In this document: positions 14,408 to 27,017 of the stretch, in pieces
Layout of the letters: each line of letters starts with the position of its first letter
How positions within the stretch are numbered: position 1 is the first letter of the stretch
Assembly: GCA_964016885.1 (NCBI GenBank)
Contig: OZ024741.1
Span: 98,828,001-98,892,000, forward strand
Length of the DNA stretch: 64,000 nucleotides
Reading direction: 5' to 3'
Source of the DNA: Eledone cirrhosa
Taxonomy: Eukaryota
Position numbers and translations under genes: made by a program
Notes under the pieces: generated by a model
Databases searched by the model: none
What the model was told of the DNA's origin: nothing
The model's input: the letters and a program-made list of their open reading frames with translations, nothing else

Positions 14408-14719
14408 TTTAATCTGTTATTTTAATAAATATTTGCTCTACGGTTCTTATATATTTGATATATATTTATCCTTATCGAGCCCTCTTTGGATTTTAGTTTT
14501 TAAATTTATTTTTATTACTATATATATTTACATATATATATAGATATAGATATACATACATAAATATCATATTTCCATTATGTTGTTTTTTGAGGTCCAT
14601 TACACCCATGTCACATAGATGTAAATTTTTAGCACCGATATTTTGATCCGTCGTACACTATTAATAATTAATTCACTCGCATATCCGAATTGAGATAGTG
14701 CTTGTCAATTTTATTGTCG

Positions 14720-14754
<35 letters not shown>

Positions 14755-15343
14755 TGGGGGGGGGGCGTGTGTGACTGTGAGTTTCCATTTGTGTGAATGT
14801 GTATTCAACAAAATATAATTAATCAAAATACACGACGAAAGGTTTAAAAACTGACACACCCATCAAAATCACTCACCATAAATGCTCCATTTGTGGCCGA
14901 TGAAGATAACGAATTCCCACAAAACGTCAACATTATTTAATTTAAAGAATTAACGCCTTCAACATAGGCTCAGGCACAGCCATATTATAAAGAAGTTTGC
15001 TGAGAAACCTCTTTGATCCATATAAATATATATACAAAAGCCAAAAATAAATTATAGTACACAACATGGAGCAGAGGGGTGTCTATGACTACTCCAAGCA
15101 TACACAACCCACACACTCTGACTACTTGTGGAGGAAGTGTCGCTTTTGATTTGCATTTGAAAAGAGGTTTCTTACATTGAAATATCATATTGAAATATAC
15201 TGGGTAAAAAAACTTAATTCGTTTTGTTTTATTTCTCACATCAACGAATGGCCTTTATATATTTCTATCACATTGTACTGGGTTTATGAAGTTCTCATCA
15301 ATTATTACATATCTCACAATGGTTCATATTAACTACACAGCAT

Positions 15344-15374
<31 letters not shown>

Positions 15375-15423
15375 AATTAAATCAAATTATTTAGAACTAG
15401 AAGTGAAGTCATTATTATTATTT

Positions 15424-15482
15424 GTACCAGTAATGCACTGGGTAATTGCTGGTCTTGTGCCAAAAGTAGAAACAATTATTAT
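15424..15482 (+). mobile_element. tRNA-SINE 3' fragment
   Basis: gtaccagtaatgcactgggtaattgctggtcttgtgccaaaagtagaaacaattatt matches the SINE tail. Confidence 0.8.
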
Positions 15483-15541
15483 TATTTGGAAGTGTGCATT
15501 GCATCTTTTCGCCTTGCTTTTAAACAAAACGTTCGTCAATC

Positions 15542-15797
15542 CATACATACATACATAGACAAATCACTGCTTAAATCCTACATTTCTGTCTTAAACTGTA
15601 AAGATATATTGGATGATCTAGTTCGGATATAGTATGACTGAAGAAAAAAGAAATGAATCGCAGAGTCATGATTATTATTATTAACAAGTAAACTATTATT
15701 AATATTAATAAGGAAATGATAGTCGTTGTTGTGATGTCTTTAATCAGAGTACAGCTGTGATTAATCAAGAACATCGACTAATATTTATATTAGTTCA
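15542..15797 (+). repeat. About 250-bp direct duplicate of 20885-21132
   Basis: catagacaaatcactgc...gactaatatttatattagttca occurs in both places; ORFs 15571-15774 and 20762-21109 encode near-identical peptides. Confidence 0.9.
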
Positions 15798-15923
15798 TAT
15801 ATATTTATATGTATATATATATATATTGGAAAATGTGTGAAATCCTTGATACAGTTAGTTATATTTGAAAAAAGGAAAAGAATGACTTCACTTGTAGTTC
15901 TAAACAATTTGATTTAATTTTAT

Positions 15924-16106
15924 AATTGTTTCTACTTTTGGCACAAGGCCAGCAATTACCCAATACATTACTGGTTCTTTATTTTATCGACCCCGTAAGG
16001 ATGAAAGGCAAAGTTAACCTCGGCGGGATTTGAACTCAGAATGGCAAGGGCCGTAACTCTATGCGTCAAAGCATGGCGTCCGACCTTCTACCGATACTGC
16101 CAATCC
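15924..16106 (-). mobile_element. tRNA-derived SINE, the dominant family in this window
   Basis: Minus strand: A-box-like tggcagtatcggtaga, B-box gagttcaaatcc, central gcctttcatccttacggggtcgataaaataa, and 3' ccttgtgccaaaagtagaaacaattat. Many copies in the window. Confidence 0.9.
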
Positions 16107-17106
16107 ATAATATTATAAAATTATAAAATTAAATCAAATTGTTTAGAACTACAAGTGAAGTCATTATTTTCCTTTTTTTCAAATATATAGATAGATAGAT
16201 AGATAAACTTATAAGACAAATACTCTTCCTCTTCACAGTTATCCCTCCAGGTGAACACATTTTTTCTGTCTGCCTCCCATTAACCCTTTATCCTTCCACA
16301 GGCGTTGTGTGCGAGCTCTTTAACTGCTACATCAATGAAAATTTATTTTTCGTTTGGTGACATCTTCTTCATTAGGAATTAACAATCGGTTAGTCTTTCA
16401 TATTCTTTCCCTTTTCGTTTTCTAACACATATATAGATATTACAGACTCCCATACATTCACGCCTATGTGCTCTTTTACTCATCAGCTACCATATGTATG
16501 TTTTCATACTCTCACCCGCTTGTTAACATGTATTTGTTGTTCTACATCTACTTAGCTTTCCATCTATCTTTTCGCGCATGCTCGACATATAGCTCTCCTC
16601 TACTAAAGATAATATATCCACTGCTCAACTGAAAAGTGAATTGCCTTTATGACTATTTGAAGTAACTCCCATAACACATAATCCTCCTCTTTTGATTCTT
16701 CTTTAATCTCATTGGATGAAGGATCTATGACCAAAACGTTCATGATATTCTTTTTTCACATGGAGATTTAATATTTTCAGGGAGTGGGGTTTAATATAAT
16801 TTGTCACATATGAGAAATTGCATCAGAGCAAATATGTGTACTCTGGGTAAATTCAGCTGCACAACGTGATGTCTTGCAGCTGTAACTTCTTGTGTTTATG
16901 TCATTCAACATACATGAGAATAAATTCATTTGTTGCAGCTGCATTTATAAGAAGTTACTTGGTGAGAGCTGCATAGGTGCGTATCGTAGAGCTACATATG
17001 TAGAGCTTCATTATAACAACTACGACCATATATATATATTATATACTTATGCATATACATATATATTCATATACGTATATATATTCATATACATAAATAT
17101 ATTCAT

Positions 17107-17191
<85 letters not shown>

Positions 17192-17220
17192 TATATATAA
17201 ATATGAATATTTATGTGTAT

Positions 17221-17333
<113 letters not shown>

Positions 17334-17400
17334 TATATATAAATATGAATATTTATGTGTATTTATATGTATATACATATATATATAATATATATATATA

Positions 17401-17435
<35 letters not shown>

Positions 17436-17507
17436 CGTGTGTGTGTATAAAGTTATATCTGTATAAATACGTATACATTATGAATCATATGTAGTTCTGA
17501 CAGCATA

Positions 17508-17545
17508 GCTACTGAAGATGAGCCAAGTAGGTCGAAATCTTAATC
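17508..17545 (+). ncRNA. Degenerate hammerhead-like motif
   Basis: CTGAAGA(17512-17518) tgagccaagtaggtc GAAA(17534-17537). Stems I and III are not well supported. Confidence 0.3.
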
Positions 17546-17892
17546 CTTCGGTTGACTTGACAGAAACATATGTTCTCTCTGAGAAATAAGTTTGTAGCAA
17601 GACTAAATATATATTCTCACAGAGATTCGTTTAATTCGTATGTTATATGCTATGTTACATCATTTTTCTCATGCACTAGTTGCTAAATTGACACTAAAAA
17701 ATATTATATTCAGAATCTCAACCGATATATAAACAGCTTCTCATCGAGGACCTGGTTGCTTAAGAATAGGAAAAGAAGTGAATGAGACCCATGAGGTAGA
17801 AATCAGCATTCTCCAGTATCAGCCCTTTCTATTCTTTCTTGTAGTTTCAAATTCCAAACCGATTAAAATTATGGCTGAATGTACATTCTCAG

Positions 17893-17978
<86 letters not shown>

Positions 17979-18040
17979 TATTACCCACATTATATATATA
18001 TATATTTATATATAGCTACAATTATATATATATACATATA

Positions 18041-18298
18041 TGATAGTTGCCCCCTCGTTATCGAGTATGGCCATTGCATGATATACCATTATTAATAATT
18101 ACCAATTAATATTATTGTACAATGCCTGTGCGGTGAAGATTTATTTTAAAGTGAGGAGAGACTGTGTACTGAGCCAATCCCACTCTCTGAGAGACAGTGG
18201 CTATAACTGGAAAAGAAGAAAAGATCAACATCATCGGTAAATACTGAGCCGCGGGTTTTATGTTGGAGTTATCCCAGTTTCCTGAGTTGCCTTCTCCT
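18041..18298 (-). mobile_element. Fragment of a second RTE-related non-autonomous family
   Basis: Shares caatgcctgtgc.gtgaag, cccactctct and aaaagaagaa..a..tcaacatcat blocks and the tggcc.tactcga.aacgag 3' end with the 600-bp element. Confidence 0.65.
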
Positions 18299-18382
18299 AT
18301 ACATACATACATACATACATACATACATACATACATACATACATACATACATACATACATACATACATACATACATACATAC

Positions 18383-18968
18383 ATGGTGGCTGCAAACTCG
18401 TTTTCGAGTACGGCCACTACTTTATATCCATGTAGGAGAACCCCCACCGATGCGCTGAACAAGTGTGAATTTTAGTCCAGCCAGCGACTCGAAAACTCTG
18501 ATACAAACACTACACCTGTGACAATTATTGACACATAGTGCTGGGCCCATGGTACCATGTGACGACAAGTGCAGAGAGATCTCCAGATATAAAGCAATGC
18601 CTGTGCCGTGAAGCTTTTATAGTAAGCAAAGGCACTGCACAAATCCAGTCCCACTCTCTTAACCAAGATGATATTTACCAAAAAGAAGAACAAGTCATCA
18701 TTGGATACCATCAGAGTTTTCCTTCTCCTAGAATTCTGCCTTGACAAAGAATAAGGGGTCATCTCTCCCGGTGATTTTGGATGGCCATTGACTCTTAAGA
18801 GCTCCTTTGCCCTTTGACAGGTTTTGTTTTTAGTCCTGCAGGATGTCCAAAGTCACCCTCCTCACCAAGAAACCTTGGTGGGGTTGCCAGTTTAGTCGCC
18901 AACGACCCGACCATGGGACAGGTTGTACTGGGATACATGTTACCAGTAGCACCAACTGGTGACCTGAC
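18383..18968 (-). mobile_element. About 600-bp bipartite RTE-derived non-autonomous retroelement, copy 1, within (CATA)n
   Basis: Highly similar to 20036-20641 and 41709-42315. Structured 5' region, RTE-type terminal C2H2 coding remnant and (TATG)n tail. Confidence 0.8.
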
Positions 18969-19040
18969 ATACATACATACATACATACATACATACATAC
19001 ATACATACATACATACATACATACATACATACATACATAC

Positions 19041-19927
19041 AATGTTCAAACAAGATAAAAAAATTGACCAATTTACAGAAAAAGTTGTGCATGGATACTT
19101 GAGGCGTAAAACACAGACCATAGAGGGGATAAACCACTCAAAAGCCTGGCACGGAGTTCCGATAGGTTTATGACATCACACCTTGAGGGATATCTCTATG
19201 CAATACAGGAACAAGAACTCCCTACCAAATATCTGCTGCACAAAAGAGGAGGGCCAGCAGCTGACAATAAATGTAGGCTATGTAAAACAAAGATCGAGGA
19301 TGTGAGCCACATTGTTGCCAGCTGCGAAAGAATGTCATCTCGCTACTACCTCCCCATGAGACACGATGGGATAGCTAGAACCATCTGGAACGCACTTCGG
19401 AAAATAAAATTAACAACAAACGAGGAAGAATATATTGAGACAGATGGCACTAAGGAATACTGGTGGAACCTGAAAATAAAAATTGTCACCAAATTAAAGC
19501 ACAACCGGCCTGATATTGTTGTTTGGGACCACTCATTGAAAACGTGTTCTGTTGTGGAGATCAGCTGCCCACTTGATGTAAACGTTGTCAGAAAAATACA
19601 GGAGAAGGAGGACATCTACGGACCATTGATGAGGAGTTTACAAATCCAGTATCCAAGATACACCTTTAGCTTCATACCCATCATTATTGGAGCTACGGGT
19701 TATATACCAACCCGCTTGGACCAAAGTATGACTGAACTTGGATTTGCGGACAAAAAGTGCAGCTCCCTAATTCATAGTCTACAAATGGCTGCGATAGCTG
19801 GCACCTTCAAAATTTGCAAAACATTCTTGCGATTCAAGGGATGACAATTTCTTTTCTTTTACAACCTTGCCACCAGGAAGGTGGCCGGTCAAAAAATATA
19901 TACTCGAAATTAAGAGAAAGAGATAAC
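19041..19927 (+). mobile_element. 5'-truncated R4/Dong-clade RLE retrotransposon flanked on both sides by (CATA)n
   Basis: ORF 19170-19844 has a CRLC...HIVASC zinc knuckle, RHD and an NRPDIV...VEISCP...K restriction-like endonuclease. A short 3' UTR runs into (CATA)n. Confidence 0.88.
19170..19844 (+). pseudogene. RLE endonuclease / CCHC domain fragment of a non-LTR retrotransposon ORF
   Basis: Motifs as in the enclosing element; RT domain absent through 5' truncation; frameshift just upstream. Confidence 0.85.
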
Positions 19928-19935
19928 ATACATGC

Positions 19936-19966
<31 letters not shown>

Positions 19967-20035
19967 CATACATACATACATACATACATACATACATACA
20001 TACATACATTCATACATATATACATGCATACATAC

Positions 20036-20641
20036 ATGGTGGCTGCCAACTCGTTTTCGAGTACGGCCACTACTTTATATCAATGTAGGAGAACCTCTAC
20101 CGATGCGCTGAACGAGTGTGACTTGTTAGTCCAGCCAGCGACTTGAAAACTCTGGTACAAACACTACACTTGTGACAATTAGTGATACATAGTGGTGGGC
20201 CCATTGTACCCTGTGATGACAAGTGCAGAGAGATCTCCAGATATAAAGCAATTCCTGTGCCGTGAAGCTTTTATAGTGATCAAAGGCACTGCACAAAGCC
20301 AGTCCCACTCTCTTAACCAAGATGATATTTACCAAAAAGAAGAACATATCAACATCATTGGATACCATCAGAGTTGCAGGTGTTATATCAGAGTTTTCCT
20401 TCTCCTAGAATTCTGCCTTGACAAAGGCTAAGGGGTCATCTCTCCCCGTGATTTTGGATGGTCATTGACTCTTAAGAGCTCCTTTTCCCTTTGACAGGTT
20501 TTGTTTTTAGTCCTGCAGGATGTCCAAAGTCACCCTCTTCACCAAGAAACCTTGGTGGGGTTGCCAGTTTAGTCGCCAACGACCCGACCATGAGACAGGT
20601 TGTACTGGGATACATGTTATCAGTAGCACCAACTGGTGACC
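20036..20641 (-). mobile_element. Bipartite RTE-derived element, copy 2, within (CATA)n
   Basis: Near-identical to copy 1, plus a short segment (tgcaggtgttatatcagagt) that copy 1 lacks. Confidence 0.8.
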
Positions 20642-20761
20642 ATACATACATACATACATACATACATACATACATACATACATACATACATACATACATA
20701 CATACATTCATACATACATACATACATACATACATACATTCATACATACATACATACAAGC

Positions 20762-20792
<31 letters not shown>

Positions 20793-20884
20793 CATACATG
20801 CATGCATACATACATACATACATACATACATACATACATACATACATACATACATACATACATACATACATACATACATACATA

Positions 20885-21132
20885 CATACATACATACATA
20901 GACAAATCACTGCTACATTTCTGTCTTAAACTGTAAAGATATATTGGATGATCTAGTTCGGATATAGTATGACTGAACAAAAAAGAAATGAATCGCATAG
21001 TCAGGATTATTATTATTAACAAGTAAACTATTATTAGTATTAATAAGGAAATGATAGTCATTGTTGTGATGTCTTTCATCAGAGTACAGCTGTGATTAAT
21101 CAGGAACATCGACTAATATTTATATTAGTTCA
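20885..21132 (+). repeat. Direct duplicate of 15542-15797
   Basis: Alignment by eye shows a few substitutions and one small indel. Confidence 0.9.
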
Positions 21133-21422
21133 CATTTGATGACAAGGTAACAGATCTGACGGAAACAGAAAAACATTTTAAATAATTGAAAAAAAGTATT
21201 ACTATCGGGTGAACTTTTAATCCATCAGTTATTCGGTATCATAAGATGTAAATAATATTCTTAGCATTACAGAATGAAATCCAGTTACATCACTCGGATA
21301 TATCACATTGTAATATCCATTGCTTTCTCGCCTATTATGAAAACCTATACTATAATCTAATTATTTTTTAAACAAAGTACACATACCCACAAATACAGAT
21401 AGACACACACACACACAAACAA

Positions 21423-21463
<41 letters not shown>

Positions 21464-21472
21464 CACACACAT

Positions 21473-21561
<89 letters not shown>

Positions 21562-21651
21562 TTCAATTTCCTATTACCCACTCTACTACCCAAATGTATT
21601 GAGTACTCTGGTGCGTTATTGTTCACCTGGTTCCTTACCACACTTCCTTCG

Positions 21652-21760
<109 letters not shown>

Positions 21761-22059
21761 ATATATCATATCACACTTGCATACACATATATTCTTCTTC
21801 TTCTTGCTCTTGCTCGATGAGATTGGAGTCATCCTAGGTCAGTGATCTTAGATGCATCATCGTGTGTAGAGCATATATACGCGGATACATATTGTTTAAT
21901 ATAAGTATGAAGCTACATTAGTAACTCAAGGAACCAGACTTTGTACGCAAGACACATCAAAGTTTATGCAATATACTTTGCGCACGAAATTCTAGACTGT
22001 TAAGTGAAATATGTAGATTCGCAGATATGAGAAAATATATAGCAATCTAATCCTGTTTA

Positions 22060-22900
22060 AAGAAGCTTTTTACTGTCTGTCTGGTATGCAGATTTCCTCT
22101 CAAAACCACCACCCAAAGTGTTTTTACCATCTATCATCTTTTAGATCATGCAGCATTCTATCGTATCACCCTATCACTACGTGTGCTCTCGCTATCACAC
22201 CCTCTAACTACTCTGGGGTAGTCCAGGGTTCGGTTTTTGTCTCCCAAACTCTCCTTACTCTACATGAATGATGTACTAGTCACCATATCTAGCTACAGCC
22301 ATTCTTATACAGATGATACCACCTCTAATTCATCCATAACCTTCCACAATCAAGCGTCATCCACAAGAAATCTTGGCACCTCACGTCAAGCCTAACCCGA
22401 TTCTATGCAATGAGGCTTCGAAAGCATCCTCAAGTGGAATTATGCCAGTCTTGACTTAAACATCAAAAGGAAAACACTAGCAATGCTCATTTCCAAGAAA
22501 ACCTCTAGCCTCCCCCGACTTCTGAACAGCATATGACTAGAGCTCATGACATTGCTCCAATCAGTCAGTGTCTCTTATGTTAACATAGCTAACGCCATGT
22601 TAACGCCTGGTACTTCTCTTCAGGACCAGAAATTACTCCAACAGATAAGATCCATAATGTGGTACTGATACCACGCTTGGGGTGGTGCTGCTGTTGCTCA
22701 TACTGACATTCTAATCTACATCCAGAGAAACGTCACTCATCTAATAGGTATAAAGTCACTGACTGACACGTTACGATCTCTGGCCCTCAAACATGATTAG
22801 CCTCTCCAGTCTTAGACTCTCGTACCGTTACTACAATAGTCTCTGCTCCTCGGATCTTGTTACTATCAAGCTACAATCACAAGTACTTCCGACTGGTCTC
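22060..22900 (+). pseudogene. Old CR1/Jockey-group LINE reverse transcriptase remnant
   Basis: Frameshifted SGVVQGSV, LLYMND and HSYTDDT (from YADD), followed by typical downstream RT residues. Confidence 0.7.
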
Positions 22901-23385
22901 ACCAATTTTCATCACCTATATTGTGGTTATTTTTTGTTGTTTTTTTTATTTCCACCGGAGTCTATTGCAGGTGTAATGCATCCAATATACTGTGTATTGG
23001 ATTAGAACTGGTAACCGCATATTTCTGAAGCAAATGTTTTAACTACATCTCAAAACATTCGACAAATATCATCTATAAGCAGACTGGTGAAAGTAAATAC
23101 GTCTGATCTGAAATGCAATATGTAAGTAAGTTTTAATGGTGGAGGTTGGTTTCTTAGTTGGTAATCATTTACGTTTTATTTGAAGATTTCAAAGATATAA
23201 AAAATAAACAAAGACACTATATACACAGAGGAATAACATCTGAGAATCTACCTATACAAAGAATGTAATAAATGAAACAGGTATTCAAATCAATAGATAT
23301 TGGTTAATAGGTGTCAATATTGGAATGTGAAATGATACGGAAATCAGCACAGAATTGTTAAATAATATGTAAGGTGTGTAACAGA

Positions 23386-23464
<79 letters not shown>

Positions 23465-23475
23465 CATACATATAT

Positions 23476-23519
<44 letters not shown>

Positions 23520-23602
23520 CATATGTATATATATATATATGCATATATACATATATACATATATATATAAACATATATGTAAAACACACACACATATATA
23601 TA

Positions 23603-23636
<34 letters not shown>

Positions 23637-23721
23637 ATATATACATATATACATATATCTATATACATACTTACATACATACATACATACATATATATAA
23701 ATGTATGTATATATATATATT

Positions 23722-23768
<47 letters not shown>

Positions 23769-23843
23769 ATGTGTGTGTGTATGTGTGTATGTATGTATGT
23801 ATGTAAGTATGTATATAGATATATATATATATGTATATATGAC

Positions 23844-23880
<37 letters not shown>

Positions 23881-23977
23881 AATATATATATATGTGTGTG
23901 TGTGTGTTTTACATATATGTTTATATATATATGTATATATATATGCATATATATATATGTATATGTTATAAGTATGT

Positions 23978-24038
<61 letters not shown>

Positions 24039-25970
24039 AAAATGGAACGGGAACAAAACAGAGAGGCAGTACGAACAAAGGTTTATTAGTTTCACATACA
24101 TACATACAAATACATACATACATACAGTGTATGTATAAAACCGTATCTGACACCCAATAGTCGATATAGAACGATACATAAATATATAGTTATAACCTTT
24201 AATCTATTCCATATATAACATACCTTGTGAAATGAGTTTGTCTGATGTTATTTCTATTATCGTGTGTAAAATAAACTTCAGAGGAATCGAGTGATACGCG
24301 ACGAAGATATTTTTCACTTTATTCATATTTTTATCGTATTATTATTTTTAATCTTATTGTGTTCTTTTCTGGTTTTCACTTGATAAAATTTAAATAATTT
24401 TGAGTGAACAAGAGAGCGTATGAGTGGCTGCTTGACTGGCTGGGAATAGCAGCTTAATCTATCTTAAATCAAGCCATATCGTTTTGAGAAAGGATAGATA
24501 CATTAGAGAACCTGGGTAGCAATGGGAAAAAGAAAAACCGGCTGAGCATAGTTGGGATGACTCTGAGTATATATCTTCTTGATCAGAGATTCCCATCAGT
24601 TAAATGAAAACAATAACAATTGAAGTTATTGTATCAAGATATATGTATGGGATATATGAAATTTAGTATTAGAACGGTTAGCGGGATGAAACAACACACT
24701 CCCTGAATACAACTCCAGTCAATCTAATTAAAACCTATATTCTTCCCACATTATCTGAACCGACGATCATATAAAACGTTTCCCCAGAATATGACACCTA
24801 ATATTATCAGGACTTTTTAACGGCTTAATCAGAGGAGGAAGATCATCGACGATGAGACTGTTAACAAGAGGCAGAAAGTTATACTCAGACCGGATACCTA
24901 ATACAAATGCTAGCACACCTAATAAACAGATAATTTCCTTTCCCTATATGTATTTGGTCATTTTAGTTTCGGCAACTTGCTAAGTGATTATTCTTCACTA
25001 GACAAAGAAGGGACTGCTCTGGGATAAATACAAATATATTTATTGTCTTAAACATTTCAACGTAACATATATTGGTAGAACGTTCTCATTAAAACTTCCA
25101 TTAAACATGAACATAACAGTCCTAATATTGTTACCTAAATTATTAATATAAAGAGTTATTTCTTACTTAGGAACTCCTTTCTAGGAAGAATGCAAAGAAG
25201 ATATATACATAGATTCTTAGATAGATATATACATCCAGTATGACACTGACAACATGACAAACGACAAGATGTAAGTCTCTGTAATAGAAGGAATATATGT
25301 ATGTGAGAGAAAGAGAAAGAAAGAAAGAGTGAAAGAAAAGGAGGGAGAAAATGGAGGTGCATTTAGACATCTGGCAGAGCCAGCTACCGGCGAAGGGGGA
25401 AGTCTTAACATGAATGTTTGATCTGTTAAAGTCGAAATCTAAATCTCCTTCAAATAAAACGTTAAAATCTTTTAAAGGTGGGGAGAATGATATAGTGAAT
25501 AATGTGGTCCTATCTATAAAAGTCTATGTTTGAAAACTGTAAAAAAGACATAAGACTACTGGATCAGTGCAGATATGGAGAGAAAAAAAACCCATCCACC
25601 CAGCCAGCCTTCCAGCTAGCTAACCAACCAGTCTGCAAAAACAAGCAAACCATCTACCCGTCTTGCCAGCCTCCCTTTAGAATCAGTCAGCATAACAGGA
25701 CTGAAGCAAGTGGAGAGGTAGTTATAATTACTTCAGTTACATTATTGTCCATAGCACCCGCCATCTGTGCTTTGAATCAGGTAAGATAAACATTTCTGGG
25801 AATGATAGTTGAGAAACTACTAGAACGTCTGGCCTTGGATATATATGTGTAATCCTAAATATATCACCTTCAAATGTTGATTTAATCAAACCAGACTGTT
25901 TCTGTGCAGTCTTCACCCTTCTGTGCATATATAGTGACAAAGGGAGCGCGTGTCTGCATAAATGTTTGCA

Positions 25971-26030
<60 letters not shown>

Positions 26031-26057
26031 CATGTGTGTGTGTGTGTATACACGCAC

Positions 26058-26098
<41 letters not shown>

Positions 26099-26115
26099 TT
26101 CCAGAAATAGGTGTC

Positions 26116-26144
26116 GAAACGGCTTGAGCTCTGCCGTCGGAGTC
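26116..26144 (+). ncRNA. 3' half of a hammerhead-like motif in a short insert between (TA)n tracts
   Basis: GAAA cggc ttgagctct gccg TC ggagtc, with no CTGANGA upstream. A second copy is at 42624. Confidence 0.5.
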
Positions 26145-26155
26145 ATACTTTTTCC

Positions 26156-26217
<62 letters not shown>

Positions 26218-26288
26218 TATATTAGGTATTAAATTAACAATGAAAATAAAAACAACAAAGTCATGTTACTTTACCTATTCATATCATT

Positions 26289-26410
26289 GTTTTACGATCG
26301 TTTCGGAGGGTCGATCATATTGACATATTGTCTGATCTATAGCAGTTATATAACTGTATACTATCAGACCTCATATACAGGTTCGATCAGACCGTCTTCT
26401 TCGGTACGGA
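26289..26410 (-). ncRNA. Hammerhead-like motif with long stem II and palindromic stem III, core CCGAAGA
   Basis: Minus strand: CCGAAGA, ~90-nt hairpin-rich stem II, GAAA, cgatcg, TA. Confidence 0.4.
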
Positions 26411-26769
26411 ACCTTCCACTAGAGGTAGACCACACTGAAAAAAAAAAAATATATATATATTTATATATACGTATATATGTTATTCTTAAGAAGAGAACTC
26501 AATTTATGAACGTAGACTATATTCATTATTCTATTAAATATAACAATAACGGTCCCAAAGTTTCAACTCGCAGACATTCCCCCTGGATAGATATTAGCTA
26601 AAGTAGGATGAACCCTACATCGGTGTGGACGATGAGCACTCAGTTTTTCGATCAACAGAACGTCCAGATCAATAATTAATAGACGCGAGAAACTTTAACA
26701 TAATTCCCAAGTCTAATCAGTATTAAAAAATGTGTAAGGCTGGACCTTACAATTGCTTGAACAACCCAT

Positions 26770-26900
26770 CAGACGGGCTTCTACACAGTTTCCGTCTACA
26801 CACAAGTCTTTGGTCGACCTGAAACTATGATATAAACACTTACCCACAATGCAAGGCAATGGGATCGATCACAGGACCTTATGATTGCAACACCACATTA
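26770..26900 (-). mobile_element. Old, diverged tRNA-SINE of a second family
   Basis: gacgggcttctacacagtttccgtctac...acacttacccac...gggatcgatcac resembles a degenerate B-box plus CORE-like body (recalled pattern). Confidence 0.45.
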
Positions 26901-27017
26901 TATAATTTTAATTATCAGTTTAAAAACATAGAATTTATCCTGAATATAAAAAGAACGGTCGTTCTTAGATATTGGAAGTTCTGCACATATCTTTTTTTTT
27001 TTAAATACCAAGAAAGT

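Larger units (their letters stand above)
13293..14520 (+). mobile_element. Family B element bounded by inverted ~75-bp hammerhead-like repeats (Penelope-like architecture)
   Basis: 13293-13366 is the reverse complement of 14355-14431. Interior has a TG-rich tract and a diverged ~140-bp tandem duplication (~14005-14125 and ~14145-14270). Flanked by (TA)n. Confidence 0.6.

Noticed and set aside
15924-16106. tRNA gene
   Set aside because: A and B boxes are present but there is no cloverleaf; it is a multi-copy SINE head.
16708-16746. Possible hammerhead (ggatgaaggatctatgaccaaaacgttc)
   Set aside because: Both core boxes are mutated; too degenerate to call.
18472-19173. ORFs repeated in the three 600-bp element copies, as a possible small protein family
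   Set aside because: Shared only because the DNA is repeated; their starts lie in microsatellites and their frames break between copies.
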